IMG/VR virus record: IMGVR_UViG_3300048599_000025
Direction: 5' to 3' (one strand)
DNA length: 39,137 bases
From: a virus
Of this stretch, positions 15,180-25,469 are shown piece by piece. Below the pieces are notes generated by a model. It made no database searches, was not told where the DNA came from, and saw nothing but the letters and a program-made list of their open reading frames with translations. The translations under genes and the position numbers were made by a program. Position 1 is the stretch's first letter; each line of letters starts with the position of its first letter.

Positions 15180-18100
15180 GTGTCCGAAACCATACGCGAA
15201 TTAACCGTACAAATCAGCGCCAACGGGGCAAGCACGGCGCAAAAGGACATAAAGGGCCTACAAAATGCCGTCGCACAGGCTGATGCAAAGTTCAAAGCGG
15301 CCGGCGCAGGGATCAAGAATTTTGAGCAAACAACCGCAGGCATGCAGGCCCGCGTGACGATGCTCAATGACAAGCTCAAAGCACAGCAGGGCGTAGTTGA
15401 TCGCGCCGCGTCTGCACTGGAAAAAGCTAAGTCAAAGATGACCAGCGCCGCCGCAGAGCAACAGAAGCTATCACAGAAGATAGATGCTGCCCGCGCCGCC
15501 TACAACGCGGAAGCCGCCGCGTCTGGTAAAGACAGTGCCGCCGCAAAGGCCCTGGAAGCCGAACTGCAAAAGTTGGAAGGCCAGTATGCTGCACAGGCCA
15601 AGAGCGCCCAGAATGCCGCGCAGGGCGTGCAGAAGGCCGACATAGCACTGGAGCAGGCAAAGGCTACCGTCAAGGGCACACAGGCCGAGTTAAAGGCAGC
15701 AAACACCACGCTGCAACAGCACGGCACGTTTTGGGCGCAGGCCGGAGCAAAGATTGCCGCTGCCGGGGAAAAGTTCACAGCGGCCGGAAAGAAGATATCC
15801 GGAATTGGCCGGAACATGACGATGGGCGTCACGGTGCCTATCGTTGCTGCTGGTACTGCTGCATTCAAGGCGTGGGAGACTGTGGACGATGGCCTTGATA
15901 CGGTTATACGCAAAACCGGAGCAACAGGGGCTGCGCTGGTGCCACTGGAAGCCGCATATAATAATGTATTCCTGGGAGTGAAGACTACAGCCGCCGACGC
16001 TGGTATAGCCGTAGGCGAAGTCAACACGCGATTCAAGGCCACCGGCACGCAGCTTGAGGACTTGTCAAAAACCTTTATACGGTTTGCGGACGTGAACGAA
16101 GCCGACCTGAACGAGAGCATTGGAAAAACCAGCAAAATCCTTGCGCAATGGCAGCAGCCCGCGAGCGCAGCAGGGGGTTTCCTGGGCCTTCTGACAAGCG
16201 AATCCCAACGCACAGGCATAAGCGTTGACAAGCTCATGGACAGCGTACAGACCAACGGCGCGACGCTGAAGGGCATGAACCTCAACCTGTCGCAATCCGT
16301 GCAGTTCATGGCCGACTTTGAAGCCGCTGGCGTGAACGCTGATACGGCGCTGGCGGCATTGAAGAAGTCTGCCGTGCAGTATACCAAAGACGGGCAGACG
16401 CTGGAACAAGGCTTTGCCATGACAGTCAAGGCCATTCAGGCTGCAAAAAGCGAAACCGAAGCCCTGGGAATTGCACAAAAGGTTTTCGGCGCAAAAGGTG
16501 CGCTGGAAATGGCTACGGCGATCAGGGAAGGCAGATTGTCCGTCACTGGCCTGTCTGCCGATATGGGCAAGATGGGAGACGTCGTAGGAAAGACGTTTGC
16601 GGAGATCAACGGGGATACAGCCAACCTTGACAAGGTAAAAAATAAGCTTATCCAGACCGGGGCGACGTTCGGCAAGGCAATGCTGCCGTGGATAGAGCAA
16701 GCGGCCGCAAAGCTTGGATCGCTGGTCGATGGGTTTGCAAACCTTGATCCTGCCATTCAGCAGAATATAGTTGGCATAGCTGGCATCGCTGCCGCCGTAG
16801 GGCCTGCGCTGTCAACCATAGGAAAGATGGCACAAGGGGCAGGGGCGCTCATGAAACTGTTTAGCGGGCCCGCTGGATGGGTTGCGCTGGCTGTTACGGC
16901 GCTAGCTGGGCTTGGCGTTGCAATTGGCGCAATAGACGCAAAGTTGAAGGAAGGCTTTGAAGTAAAGATAGACGTCGACGGAAAAAACAAAATCACGTCG
17001 AGCATGGATGAGGGTGCAGAGGCTGCACGAAGAACACAAGAAATTATTACCCAGGTGGGTGCAGATGCAGACTTGCTTAACGAGAAGATAGACGGAGCTC
17101 TTTCAGATAAAGATATAACCGGAAAAGAGTTTAAGGCCATTTCCGCGTTTATCAACGAAAAGGTAAACCCTGACATTGAAGACGCAAAGAAAGCCCTTGA
17201 CGTCAAAGTCGCTGAATATAAAATCTCACTTGACAGCGCCGTGGACGCGAGCGGGAACAAATACAGCGATGAGGATAAGGATGTAATGCTGGCTGACTTT
17301 GAAGCAAAAAATAGTCAACTTATTGTTGACCTTCAGACAGCAAAGCAGAGTTATATTGATCTTCTATCCTCCATTCAAAAACAGCGCAGCCCAATCACGG
17401 ACGCACAGATTGCGCAACTCAATGAGCAGATGGAAAAAATAACGGCCATCCGCACGGAGCTAAGGCTTGCAAGTGATGAAGTTGTAGCGGCCGGACGTGC
17501 CAATTATAACCTCACCGTATCCGGGAAGGGCAACGAACAGTCTTTTGGTTCATCAATTGGATTTGTTCAAAAGCAAACAGATGATGCAAAAATCAAAGCG
17601 GCCGCAGATTTGCAGTCTGCTCTAGCCGCAGCCGGAGCAAATATTGATGATGCCACAGCCGCATATGCAGCTAATGCCAAACAACTTGCGGCCATTGATT
17701 CAAATGCGCAGTTGGCATATCAGTCCCTGCTTGATGGCGTAGCGAAAATGGCAGGTGCAAGTGATACGGTAGCCACCATCAATCAGGATTACTCCGCTTT
17801 TTCGGCCACGCTCCAAGCTTTGAGTGAAATAAAGTTTGACAAACAAGGCGGGTGGGTAGAGCAATTTAAGGCGCTTCTTGGTCCAGGTGGAGAGCTTGAA
17901 AAATATCTATCTCCAGAAACAAAACTGAATGTTGCAAGCTTACTCGTTCCTGAGAACGGGCAGTACATAGTACCATATGAAAAAGTAAAGACAATTGTCT
18001 CAAATCTGAATGACCAAATAGCGAATGCCCTTCACGAAACAAGGCAAGACCCCAAGATGAATCCAGTATTTACGGCCTATCAAACCTTGCTTGATTCTGG

Positions 18101-18530
18101 AGCATTTGAAAACCTCGATACAACAAAAATCGAGGGGGCGCTTGAGAGCGTAATCAAGTCAAACGACCTTGTGAGGCTAGTGACAGAGCAGGGCGAAGAT
18201 GCCGTCAATGGTTTATCAAACGCCATAACATCTGCGACACCCGCCGCCGTAGCTTCGGTAAACGGCATGTTCACTGCCATGATAGCCGAAGCAAACCGCA
18301 TGCGGCCGCTTCTCCAAAATGCTATGGGCATCATAACTGGCAGCGGAGGCAATTCCCCTGGCGGCGGAAAGACCGGAAGCCCGACATTTACATCTACGGC
18401 AAGTATGAGCATCGGAACCTATGTGGCGGCCGGCGCAAACGACAGGCAAATCATTCTTGATAACATGAAGCTGCAGCAAGAAGCTGCTCAACGCAAGATG
18501 ACAGCATACGGGCGAAGGCCCATAGGTTAA
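15180..18530 (+). CDS. Tape measure protein
   Basis: 1116 aa (GTG start). Ala/Gln-rich coiled-coil N-terminus, hydrophobic central segment. Canonical position. Confidence 0.9.
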   Translation: MSETIRELTVQISANGASTAQKDIKGLQNAVAQADAKFKAAGAGIKNFEQTTAGMQARVTMLNDKLKAQQGVVDRAASALEKAKSKMTSAAAEQQKLSQKIDAARAAYNAEAAASGKDSAAAKALEAELQKLEGQYAAQAKSAQNAAQGVQKADIALEQAKATVKGTQAELKAANTTLQQHGTFWAQAGAKIAAAGEKFTAAGKKISGIGRNMTMGVTVPIVAAGTAAFKAWETVDDGLDTVIRKTGATGAALVPLEAAYNNVFLGVKTTAADAGIAVGEVNTRFKATGTQLEDLSKTFIRFADVNEADLNESIGKTSKILAQWQQPASAAGGFLGLLTSESQRTGISVDKLMDSVQTNGATLKGMNLNLSQSVQFMADFEAAGVNADTALAALKKSAVQYTKDGQTLEQGFAMTVKAIQAAKSETEALGIAQKVFGAKGALEMATAIREGRLSVTGLSADMGKMGDVVGKTFAEINGDTANLDKVKNKLIQTGATFGKAMLPWIEQAAAKLGSLVDGFANLDPAIQQNIVGIAGIAAAVGPALSTIGKMAQGAGALMKLFSGPAGWVALAVTALAGLGVAIGAIDAKLKEGFEVKIDVDGKNKITSSMDEGAEAARRTQEIITQVGADADLLNEKIDGALSDKDITGKEFKAISAFINEKVNPDIEDAKKALDVKVAEYKISLDSAVDASGNKYSDEDKDVMLADFEAKNSQLIVDLQTAKQSYIDLLSSIQKQRSPITDAQIAQLNEQMEKITAIRTELRLASDEVVAAGRANYNLTVSGKGNEQSFGSSIGFVQKQTDDAKIKAAADLQSALAAAGANIDDATAAYAANAKQLAAIDSNAQLAYQSLLDGVAKMAGASDTVATINQDYSAFSATLQALSEIKFDKQGGWVEQFKALLGPGGELEKYLSPETKLNVASLLVPENGQYIVPYEKVKTIVSNLNDQIANALHETRQDPKMNPVFTAYQTLLDSGAFENLDTTKIEGALESVIKSNDLVRLVTEQGEDAVNGLSNAITSATPAAVASVNGMFTAMIAEANRMRPLLQNAMGIITGSGGNSPGGGKTGSPTFTSTASMSIGTYVAAGANDRQIILDNMKLQQEAAQRKMTAYGRRPIG

Positions 18531-18542
18531 GGAGGGCTTGAC

Positions 18543-19259
18543 ATGGCCGAGCCTTATTTCATTTACAATAACGTGGACAGCCGCAACATGGGCGTGGTAG
18601 TGGGAAGCTACCCGCCCATTGTTCGTCCTAAAGAGCGTGTGCAGGAACGACCTGTTCCGGGACGTCCCGGAGCGCTGAACATGGTGGAAGGCACGGATAT
18701 CTATGAGACATATGTCCGCTCTACTCCGTGCTACACGCGTCCTACTGCCAACCTAAACAATGTTATCAATTGGCTGCGGGGATTCGGTTCAGTAACTTTC
18801 GGAAACGAACCCACAATGGCGTATACGGTCAAGATTGATAATCAAATCAGCCTTGAAAAGATACTCGCCAACCATGAGCACCGGGATTTCCTGGTGCCAT
18901 TTGTTTGCCAGCCGTTTAAGTATCTTGCCACGCCGGACGCCGACATCGAAAAGACCACATCAGGGCAGAGTGTTACCAACCCCGGCACTGTTGCTTCCCT
19001 GCCCATTATCAAGGTGGAAGGCAGCGGAGATATAACGCTGACTGTCGGCGGGCTTGCGGTGGAGCTCAATGATATAGTGGACGGAATTATCATTGACTGC
19101 ACGCTGCCTGACTGTTTCAACCTGACAAAGACCGCGCTTATCAACGACAAGCTGACCGGGGCCATTGAGAGCATCCGCTTGCCTGTCGGTTCAAGCTCAA
19201 TCCACTGGACCGGGAGCGTTACAAAAGTGACCATCACGCCGAACTGGAGATGGCTATAA
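18543..19259 (+). CDS. Distal tail protein (Dit)
   Basis: 238 aa, directly after the tape measure. Siphovirus tail-component-like. Confidence 0.75.
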   Translation: MAEPYFIYNNVDSRNMGVVVGSYPPIVRPKERVQERPVPGRPGALNMVEGTDIYETYVRSTPCYTRPTANLNNVINWLRGFGSVTFGNEPTMAYTVKIDNQISLEKILANHEHRDFLVPFVCQPFKYLATPDADIEKTTSGQSVTNPGTVASLPIIKVEGSGDITLTVGGLAVELNDIVDGIIIDCTLPDCFNLTKTALINDKLTGAIESIRLPVGSSSIHWTGSVTKVTITPNWRWL

Positions 19260-22200
19260 TGATTACAATCTACAACCCCGACGCCCAGGACTGGAGCAAT
19301 AACGGTTTAGGCGTTTTGACTCCGACATCCTGCACTGTAAAAGAAGTAGGCGGCGGAGAATACGAGCTTGAAATAGTGCATCCTCTCGACGAAAACCTGC
19401 GCTGGCAAATGCTACAGCGTGGTTTTTTGATTAAGGCCCCGGTGCCGGAACGCGAAACGCCGTTCATCCAGCAGAGCGCAGAGGCCCGCGCCGAAAGCCC
19501 GGAACACATCATATGGCATGTAACAGCAGCAACTGCAGGAGTTTATACCAAAGCAAGCAGCGGCTATTCTACGTGGAGCAGCGGGGCAACCTACAGTAAG
19601 GGCGCAAAACGCAACTATAACGGACGAAGCTACAGATGGAGCAGCGAGACACCGGGGAATGCGACGCCTCCAGCTGCGCCGTGGGTAAAGATCACTACTG
19701 GCAGCAAAAAGATCAAAACCTTAAAACAGGGTACGGAAATCATCTACCACGAAGATTCGGACACATACAGCAAAATCACCACACCCGACGGAACAACCGG
19801 ATACATTCTTAAAAGCTCCATCGCCTACAAGCGGACGGAGCCTTTTGTTTCTGCACAGCCCGCCTATCAAACTGCCGTTCCTGCCCGCCAAATTCGGGAT
19901 CAGGTGTTCCGTATCTATGATGTGCAGATCGTAAACAAAGACCAAGTCCTTGCGGTCACAGCCAGCGCCCGTCACATCCATTATGACCAGCTTGGCAATG
20001 TGATAAAGACGTACAGCCCAACAGGAGCAGACCCGCAAGCTGCGTTGATTGCCATGTCCGGCGACTGCCTGAACGAGCACGATTTCAACTATTACACCAA
20101 CTGCACCGATGCGATCACGGCAGAATGGGCGCGGAAGAACGTCATCGAAGCCATTCACGATCCCGATAACGGTATTGTGCCAAAGCTTCATGCACAGCTT
20201 GTCCGCGACAATTACGACACCTTCATACTGCAAAACGTGGAGCGGGACCGGGGCGTCACAATCGCTTACGGCAAGAACATGCTGGGCATATCAAGCAAAG
20301 CAAACGACGAAGCTGCCATAACCCGCATCATGCCAATAGGCTACGATGAAAATGGTGCGCCTATGTTGCTTCCGGAACTATGCATTGATAGTCAGTTTAT
20401 AGGTGATTACCCCACAGAACGCGCCGTTCCGCTTGACGTACAGGAAGCCAAAGTGCATGCGGCAAACGGCGACGATCCTGGGATGACCGCAGAGCAAGCG
20501 TTTGCAAAAATGCGCGAAGAAGCGCAGAAGCAGTTTGATGCCGGCTGCGATCTGGTGGATCTGGAAATCACGGTTGACTTCATCCACCTGGGAGATACAG
20601 TCGAATACGCTTCACTCAAAAACTTACAGCAAGTATTCATGTACGATACCGTCACCATTCGGCACAGCAAGCTTGGACTGTTGTACAAAACGCAAGTCAT
20701 AGGGTACGAGTTTGATGCCATCCTTGGACGGTACAACAAAGTCACACTTGGCAACATTAAAAACGGCGCAGAGCTTGGGGCTGTTGCTGGGTTCCAGCTG
20801 CCCAGCATGGGGATATCCGGTAACAAGCTGGTGCCGGGCACCGTGGGCAGCACGCAGCTACAGGCGCTGTCGGTGCTTAATGCCCACATTGCAAACCTAT
20901 CCGTGAACGCGGCAAAGATTCAAGACTTGGCGGTAGAGACTGCAAAAATCAAAGACCTTGCAGTTGAAACCGCGAAGATAAAAGATGCTGCTATCACCAA
21001 TGCCAAAATTGCATTGCTTGCAGTTGAGACGGCCAACATCAAAGACCTGAATGTAACCGCCGCAAAGATCGCAGATGCCACAATCACCGCCGCCAAAATA
21101 CTTGACGCAACAATCACGCGAGCGAAGATTCAGGCGGCCGCCATCGGAACTGCCGAAATTGATAACCTTGCCGTGACCACTGCAAAGATTGCCTTGGGCG
21201 CTATCACTACGGCCTTGATTAACACCGGAGCAATCGGTACGGCACAGATTGCGGACGCTTCTATAACAGACGGTAAGATTGTCGCGCTTACCGCCAATAA
21301 GATAAATGCTGGCACACTGTCAGTGGAGCGCCTTATCATCGTTGGAAGCAATCAGTCTATCGTGTTTGCCATCAACAACGCCAACGGTACGGCACAACTA
21401 TCTCAAACCACCATCGACGGCGGTGCACTTACCCAACGCAGTATCACGGCAGATCGCATTGTAGCCGGGGCCATTACTGCGAACGAGATAGCTGCGGCTA
21501 CGATTGTCGCAAACAATATAGCAGCCAACGCTATAACGGCGGCTAAGATTGCGTCTGATGCAATCGAGGCAAGGCACATCAAGGCCGGGGAGATCACCAC
21601 AGGCCACATCAGCGCACCGGCGCAAGCTGCATTACGGCTTGAGGCGTCAAACTATATACAGCAAGGTACAAATCTTCTTGCAAGAACCAAAGGCCCTTTT
21701 ACGGCTCTTTCTACCGACTACCTGTTCAAGTCGTATGTTGTAACTGATATTATGGCACCAGGCGTAGAATATACGTTAACGGTCAAGGCTGAAAACATCA
21801 ACTCAAACCAGCTTGCGGTCGGCGTGGTATTTGACGGAGACTGGGTTACAGCTCCAAAGGTGACAATTACGACGTGGGACGGAATTGGGCATATCACGTT
21901 TACGGCTCCGTCATTTACGGCCGCTTCAGTAGAATGCTACAATGCGCCCAGCGGAAACGGAAACCCATTGATTTTGTCGTGGCTTGTACTTGCCAAGGGC
22001 AACAAATCAGTTGCTGATTGGCAGCCTTCGCCGGACGATGTGTCTGGAGGCGCAAAGACATCGCACTTTACGATGACCGATGATTCACTAACCGGATCAA
22101 CGGGTGGAAAGGTTTTGTTCGAAGGAGCGGAAATAAGCTTTGCGGCCGCGTTATACGCACTATACAATGCGGACAAAACCAAACTGATACAGGAAATCAC

Positions 22201-23491
22201 CGAATCGTATTCGCGCTCTTACTCGGATATTTTCACAGCTATACATATCATAAGCGATGTGGTAAACACTTTTCCGGGTGGGACAATTCCTTGGCCGGGA
22301 GACCCACAGTCAGCTTTCAATAACGTTGGCAAATGGTTAATGGCAGATGCCTATTTGACGATACCAGCAGGCACGTATACAACCGGCCTTATCAGCATCA
22401 AAAACACATGCGGGGCAAAGTTGTTTTTGACGCTGGCCCCTGGTGTCCATATTATAGGCAGGCTATACCTGTTTGGGTGTACGTTTGTTCAAATAACAGT
22501 AGCAGACCCAAATAGCACGAGCATAGTTGCAGATCAAGCCGGGGATTACGTCGTTTTTGTTGATGCTTGTAAGTTTGTGCGTATGGACAAACTAAACGTC
22601 AGCGGATATCCTGGGCGTACAAACGCCAGTAACGGTACTCTGTTTGGTGTACAGGTTGATGAAGGTTCTACGGTCTACATGCATACTTGCCAGATTGAGC
22701 GCACAAACATGTTTGCGGTGTTAGCGAGCTCCGCATCAAACCTAATTGCGTACGACTGCCGAGGCGGAATCGCGGGGGGTTCGTCAACGGACTTTTCCAC
22801 AGTGCACAATATGGGGCGCGGAATTTATAGTCAGTTGGGCTCTAATGCATCTGCTACAAACTTTCCAGCTTCTGTCAACGGTAACGGATATGGTGACGCC
22901 GGGACGTTAAACGTCACCGGATCGGCTCAATCTTCCACCGGCGCGGCACCGGCTGCGCCCAGCGTAATGACATACGCTGTCAGCGCGGGGTATGAAAAGA
23001 AAACAGAATCTGACGGAAGCAGCAGCTTTACGTGGAATGCAGGAGAGCCGAGACAGGGAAGCTGGAGCGAATGGGCGTTTACAACAACTCCGATTGGAAA
23101 AGCATACTCATATCTTGACTACAATGGATTCGGCTTATTCCTTCTCACCAACGCTGCGAACATTGTAAGCGACCGCCCAGCAGGGAAAACAATCGCATCA
23201 GGTACGATGAAGATTCGCCGGGACGCTTCCGCCGGGACAAGCGGAACAGTATCCTGTACGCTTTGGCAGCATGGGTTATCCACAATAGCAAACGGTGCGC
23301 CAAACACTCAATTGTTTGCTCAAGCCGCCAATGCCGTAACAATTAGTCCCAACCAAGAGGTTACAATCACACTAAATGCATCCGCTATTGCCGGCCTAAA
23401 CAGCGGCGCATGCAAGGGTTTTGGCTTCAAGAATACTGGGGGTTATGGGCGGTATGACATCTACGGTGAACTGACTGTGACGTACTCGTAA
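19250..23491 (+). CDS. Tail-associated/receptor-binding protein (Tal-like N-terminus, carbohydrate-binding and SH3-like inserts, repeat stalk, beta-helix-like C-terminal region)
   Basis: 1413 aa. The prophage-tail-type N-terminus (MITIYNPDAQDWSNNGLGVL) suggests the alternative start at 19259. CBM5/12-like WSSGATYSKGAKRNYNGRSYRW...PWVKI. Thirteen decapeptide repeats. The C-terminus has repetitive beta-helix-like strands. Confidence 0.8.
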   Translation: MAIMITIYNPDAQDWSNNGLGVLTPTSCTVKEVGGGEYELEIVHPLDENLRWQMLQRGFLIKAPVPERETPFIQQSAEARAESPEHIIWHVTAATAGVYTKASSGYSTWSSGATYSKGAKRNYNGRSYRWSSETPGNATPPAAPWVKITTGSKKIKTLKQGTEIIYHEDSDTYSKITTPDGTTGYILKSSIAYKRTEPFVSAQPAYQTAVPARQIRDQVFRIYDVQIVNKDQVLAVTASARHIHYDQLGNVIKTYSPTGADPQAALIAMSGDCLNEHDFNYYTNCTDAITAEWARKNVIEAIHDPDNGIVPKLHAQLVRDNYDTFILQNVERDRGVTIAYGKNMLGISSKANDEAAITRIMPIGYDENGAPMLLPELCIDSQFIGDYPTERAVPLDVQEAKVHAANGDDPGMTAEQAFAKMREEAQKQFDAGCDLVDLEITVDFIHLGDTVEYASLKNLQQVFMYDTVTIRHSKLGLLYKTQVIGYEFDAILGRYNKVTLGNIKNGAELGAVAGFQLPSMGISGNKLVPGTVGSTQLQALSVLNAHIANLSVNAAKIQDLAVETAKIKDLAVETAKIKDAAITNAKIALLAVETANIKDLNVTAAKIADATITAAKILDATITRAKIQAAAIGTAEIDNLAVTTAKIALGAITTALINTGAIGTAQIADASITDGKIVALTANKINAGTLSVERLIIVGSNQSIVFAINNANGTAQLSQTTIDGGALTQRSITADRIVAGAITANEIAAATIVANNIAANAITAAKIASDAIEARHIKAGEITTGHISAPAQAALRLEASNYIQQGTNLLARTKGPFTALSTDYLFKSYVVTDIMAPGVEYTLTVKAENINSNQLAVGVVFDGDWVTAPKVTITTWDGIGHITFTAPSFTAASVECYNAPSGNGNPLILSWLVLAKGNKSVADWQPSPDDVSGGAKTSHFTMTDDSLTGSTGGKVLFEGAEISFAAALYALYNADKTKLIQEITESYSRSYSDIFTAIHIISDVVNTFPGGTIPWPGDPQSAFNNVGKWLMADAYLTIPAGTYTTGLISIKNTCGAKLFLTLAPGVHIIGRLYLFGCTFVQITVADPNSTSIVADQAGDYVVFVDACKFVRMDKLNVSGYPGRTNASNGTLFGVQVDEGSTVYMHTCQIERTNMFAVLASSASNLIAYDCRGGIAGGSSTDFSTVHNMGRGIYSQLGSNASATNFPASVNGNGYGDAGTLNVTGSAQSSTGAAPAAPSVMTYAVSAGYEKKTESDGSSSFTWNAGEPRQGSWSEWAFTTTPIGKAYSYLDYNGFGLFLLTNAANIVSDRPAGKTIASGTMKIRRDASAGTSGTVSCTLWQHGLSTIANGAPNTQLFAQAANAVTISPNQEVTITLNASAIAGLNSGACKGFGFKNTGGYGRYDIYGELTVTYS
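20912..21320 (+). repeat. In-gene tandem 30-nt (decapeptide) repeats, about 13 units
   Basis: AKIQDLAVET/AKIKDLAVET/AKIKDAAITN/AKIALLAVET/... The units diverge at synonymous positions. Looser repeats of the same type continue to about 21610. Confidence 0.8.
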
Positions 23492-23502
23492 GGAGGCGTG
23501 AC

Positions 23503-23742
23503 GTGAAAAAATTCATTGACATTATTCTGCCGGACAAAACCGAGCGCGTACAAGTGGTTATAACTTCCGTAAATGATGATGGAAGTTATAACTATAAAGG
23601 CGATGTTTATGGAGGGTTTGGAACATATCAGCCGCTGTACGACGAAAGCGGGAACGTAATTCAGCCTTCCGTAGACCAGCAAGCCGGAGCAATGGCCCCC
23701 GATATGATTGAAGCGCTGCAAATCTTGTTAGGAGGTGAGTAA
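23503..23742 (+). CDS. Hypothetical tail/lysis-adjacent protein
   Basis: 79 aa, GTG start after AAGGAGG. Confidence 0.5.
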   Translation: MKKFIDIILPDKTERVQVVITSVNDDGSYNYKGDVYGGFGTYQPLYDESGNVIQPSVDQQAGAMAPDMIEALQILLGGE

Positions 23743-23743
23743 T

Positions 23744-24172
23744 TTGTCAGCAGACGCAAAGGCCAGAGCAAGAGCGTTGTGTACGCTCTTTTTTATTACC
23801 GCTCAATCTACAGCAAAGAGCGCAGCGGCCAATACTGTGATTGATCTTGTTCCATTGCTCCCGGCCTGGACTATGGGCGTGTATGTGATCGGGGATATAC
23901 GCACGCACAACAACTACCCTTGGCGCTGCTGCCAAGCGCACAACAGCACCGGGAATCCTTCGTGGGCTCCCGGCGTAGCGGCCTCTCTGTGGGCTCCATA
24001 CCATGCCACGGATAAAGCCCATGCGTTGGCGTGGGTAGCTCCTACAGGGGCGCAGGACGCGTACCAGATAGGTGAATGCATGATCTACGCGGACGGCAAG
24101 ACATACCGATGCAAGACGGCAAACACGGTGCACAGCCCGACAGCATACGCGCAGGCATGGGAGGTGGTATGA
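23744..24172 (+). CDS. Hypothetical protein with two CBM5/12-like carbohydrate-binding motifs
   Basis: TTG 23744 lies 8 nt after GGAGG (GTG 23735 is an alternative). YPWRCCQAHNSTGNPSWAPGVAASLWAPY and YADGKTYRCKTANTVHSPTAYAQAWEVV. Confidence 0.45.
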   Translation: MSADAKARARALCTLFFITAQSTAKSAAANTVIDLVPLLPAWTMGVYVIGDIRTHNNYPWRCCQAHNSTGNPSWAPGVAASLWAPYHATDKAHALAWVAPTGAQDAYQIGECMIYADGKTYRCKTANTVHSPTAYAQAWEVV

Positions 24173-25092
24173 TGAGCAAGTCAGACATCATGCGGGACTT
24201 TGTTTTGCCGCACGTTGGTCATCCTTACATATTTGCCGCATCCGGGCAGAAATGCACACCGGAATATAGACAGCAGCAAATGAAAAGCAAGCCCGCCTAT
24301 GCTGCAAAGATCAAAGCCTACTGCCCCGTATTGTCAGGCAAGCAAGCCACATGCGCCGGGTGCAAATATGAAGACGATCCCGCTTATGACTGCTCCGGTT
24401 TGACGATGAGGGCCGCAAAGGCGGTTGGCGTGAGTATGCCACACGGCGCATCAAGCCAGTGGAACGGCGATTATTGGTCAGACAAGGGACCGATATCCAC
24501 GCTGCCAAAAGACAAGAATTGCTTTCTGTTTGAGCGTGCAGCATCTGCTTCGCCTATGGGGCATGTCGGGTTTAAGGTAAGCGAGACTGAGGCCGTAGAA
24601 GCCAGGGGGCATGCTTACGGCGTTGTAAAGACGAAGATCAAAGACCGGCCTTGGACTGATTGGGCGATTCTCAAGGACGCGCCACCGTTCACAGAGGAGG
24701 AAAAACAATTGCAAGATCAAATCGAACTCGCCAACATGCCCACGCTCAAGAAGGGCAGCAAGGGCGAGTATGTAAAGCGCATGCAAAACCTGCTCATTGC
24801 AAAGGGCTTCACCTTGCCCATGTTTGGCGCAGATGGGGACTTTGGAAAAGAAACGCTGCAAGCACTAAAGGACTTCCAGACCGCTATTAGCCTCACCGTT
24901 GACGGTATCTGCGGCCCTTCCACCTGGAGCGAGTTGCTTGAGGATGGCCCAGAGGACACGCTGGACCCGGAGCCGGATGAACCCATAAAGAATCCTTATA
25001 CGTTCACTGTGACGCTCACGGCAGAACAGGCAAAGGCCGAGTTTGACCGACTGTGCGCCGCCTACGGTGCGTGTGAAATGGCGGTGGGGTAA
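24169..25092 (+). CDS. Endolysin: NlpC/P60 endopeptidase plus a PG_binding_1 domain
   Basis: ATG 24169 overlaps the upstream stop. Catalytic-type YDCSGL and GHVGF. C-terminal LKKGSKGEYVKRMQNLLIAKGF...DGDFGKETLQALKDFQ...DGICGPSTW. Confidence 0.85.
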   Translation: MMSKSDIMRDFVLPHVGHPYIFAASGQKCTPEYRQQQMKSKPAYAAKIKAYCPVLSGKQATCAGCKYEDDPAYDCSGLTMRAAKAVGVSMPHGASSQWNGDYWSDKGPISTLPKDKNCFLFERAASASPMGHVGFKVSETEAVEARGHAYGVVKTKIKDRPWTDWAILKDAPPFTEEEKQLQDQIELANMPTLKKGSKGEYVKRMQNLLIAKGFTLPMFGADGDFGKETLQALKDFQTAISLTVDGICGPSTWSELLEDGPEDTLDPEPDEPIKNPYTFTVTLTAEQAKAEFDRLCAAYGACEMAVG

Positions 25093-25174
25093 ATGTCCCA
25101 CCGCGCCAGGGAGCCTTGCACGGGGCTGCGAGGGGCCTTTTTAATGTAATAACACGAATGACGAGGGCTGGGCC

Positions 25175-25465
25175 ATGACCACAGGAGAATATATTGCATT
25201 GGCTGCTGTAGGGCTATCGGTGATAGCTCTTTTTTTGTCCACGCGGCGCAATACAAAGCAGGACACCACGGCAGATACAAAAGCATTTACGCGGCTTGAA
25301 GTGATGATGGAAAACGTGCTTGACGAGATCAAGAACATGGGCCGGAATCAAGACGGGATCACGGCAGATCAAGCCACATGCAATACCAAAATAGCGCTAC
25401 TGGAACAGCGCGTAGATACGCTGGAACAACACAGGCGAGCACGACCGACAAAAGAAGGAGAATAA
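25175..25465 (+). CDS. Membrane-anchored coiled-coil protein (lysis-cassette associated)
   Basis: 96 aa. N-terminal TM helix YIALAAVGLSVIALFLS, then coiled coil (LEVMMENVLDEIKNM...IALLEQRVDTLEQ). Confidence 0.5.
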   Translation: MTTGEYIALAAVGLSVIALFLSTRRNTKQDTTADTKAFTRLEVMMENVLDEIKNMGRNQDGITADQATCNTKIALLEQRVDTLEQHRRARPTKEGE

Positions 25466-25469
25466 GAGT

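Noticed and set aside
15500-16435. 311-aa - strand ORF inside the tape-measure gene, plus 16065..16700 and 16757..17260
   Set aside because: These are antisense shadow ORFs of an Ala-rich gene. They have Ala/Ser/Cys/Pro-rich nonsense composition, and the + strand tape-measure reading frame is unambiguous.
20912-21610. Tail-fibre repeats considered as a DGR template/variable-repeat pair
   Set aside because: No reverse transcriptase gene is present in the genome. The repeats are tandem decapeptide units, not a distant TR/VR pair with adenine-specific differences.
25081-25142. Possible terminator after the endolysin gene
   Set aside because: An 8-bp hairpin GCGGTGGG/CCCACCGC (25081-25104) spans the stop codon, but it is not followed by a T-run. 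The T-run at 25137-25142 lacks a convincing preceding stem. Not called.
25175-25465. i-spanin interpretation of the N-terminal-TM coiled-coil protein
   Set aside because: There is no embedded or adjacent outer-membrane lipoprotein (o-spanin) ORF with a lipobox. The other genome features point to a Gram-positive-type host. It is left as an uncharacterised lysis-associated membrane protein.
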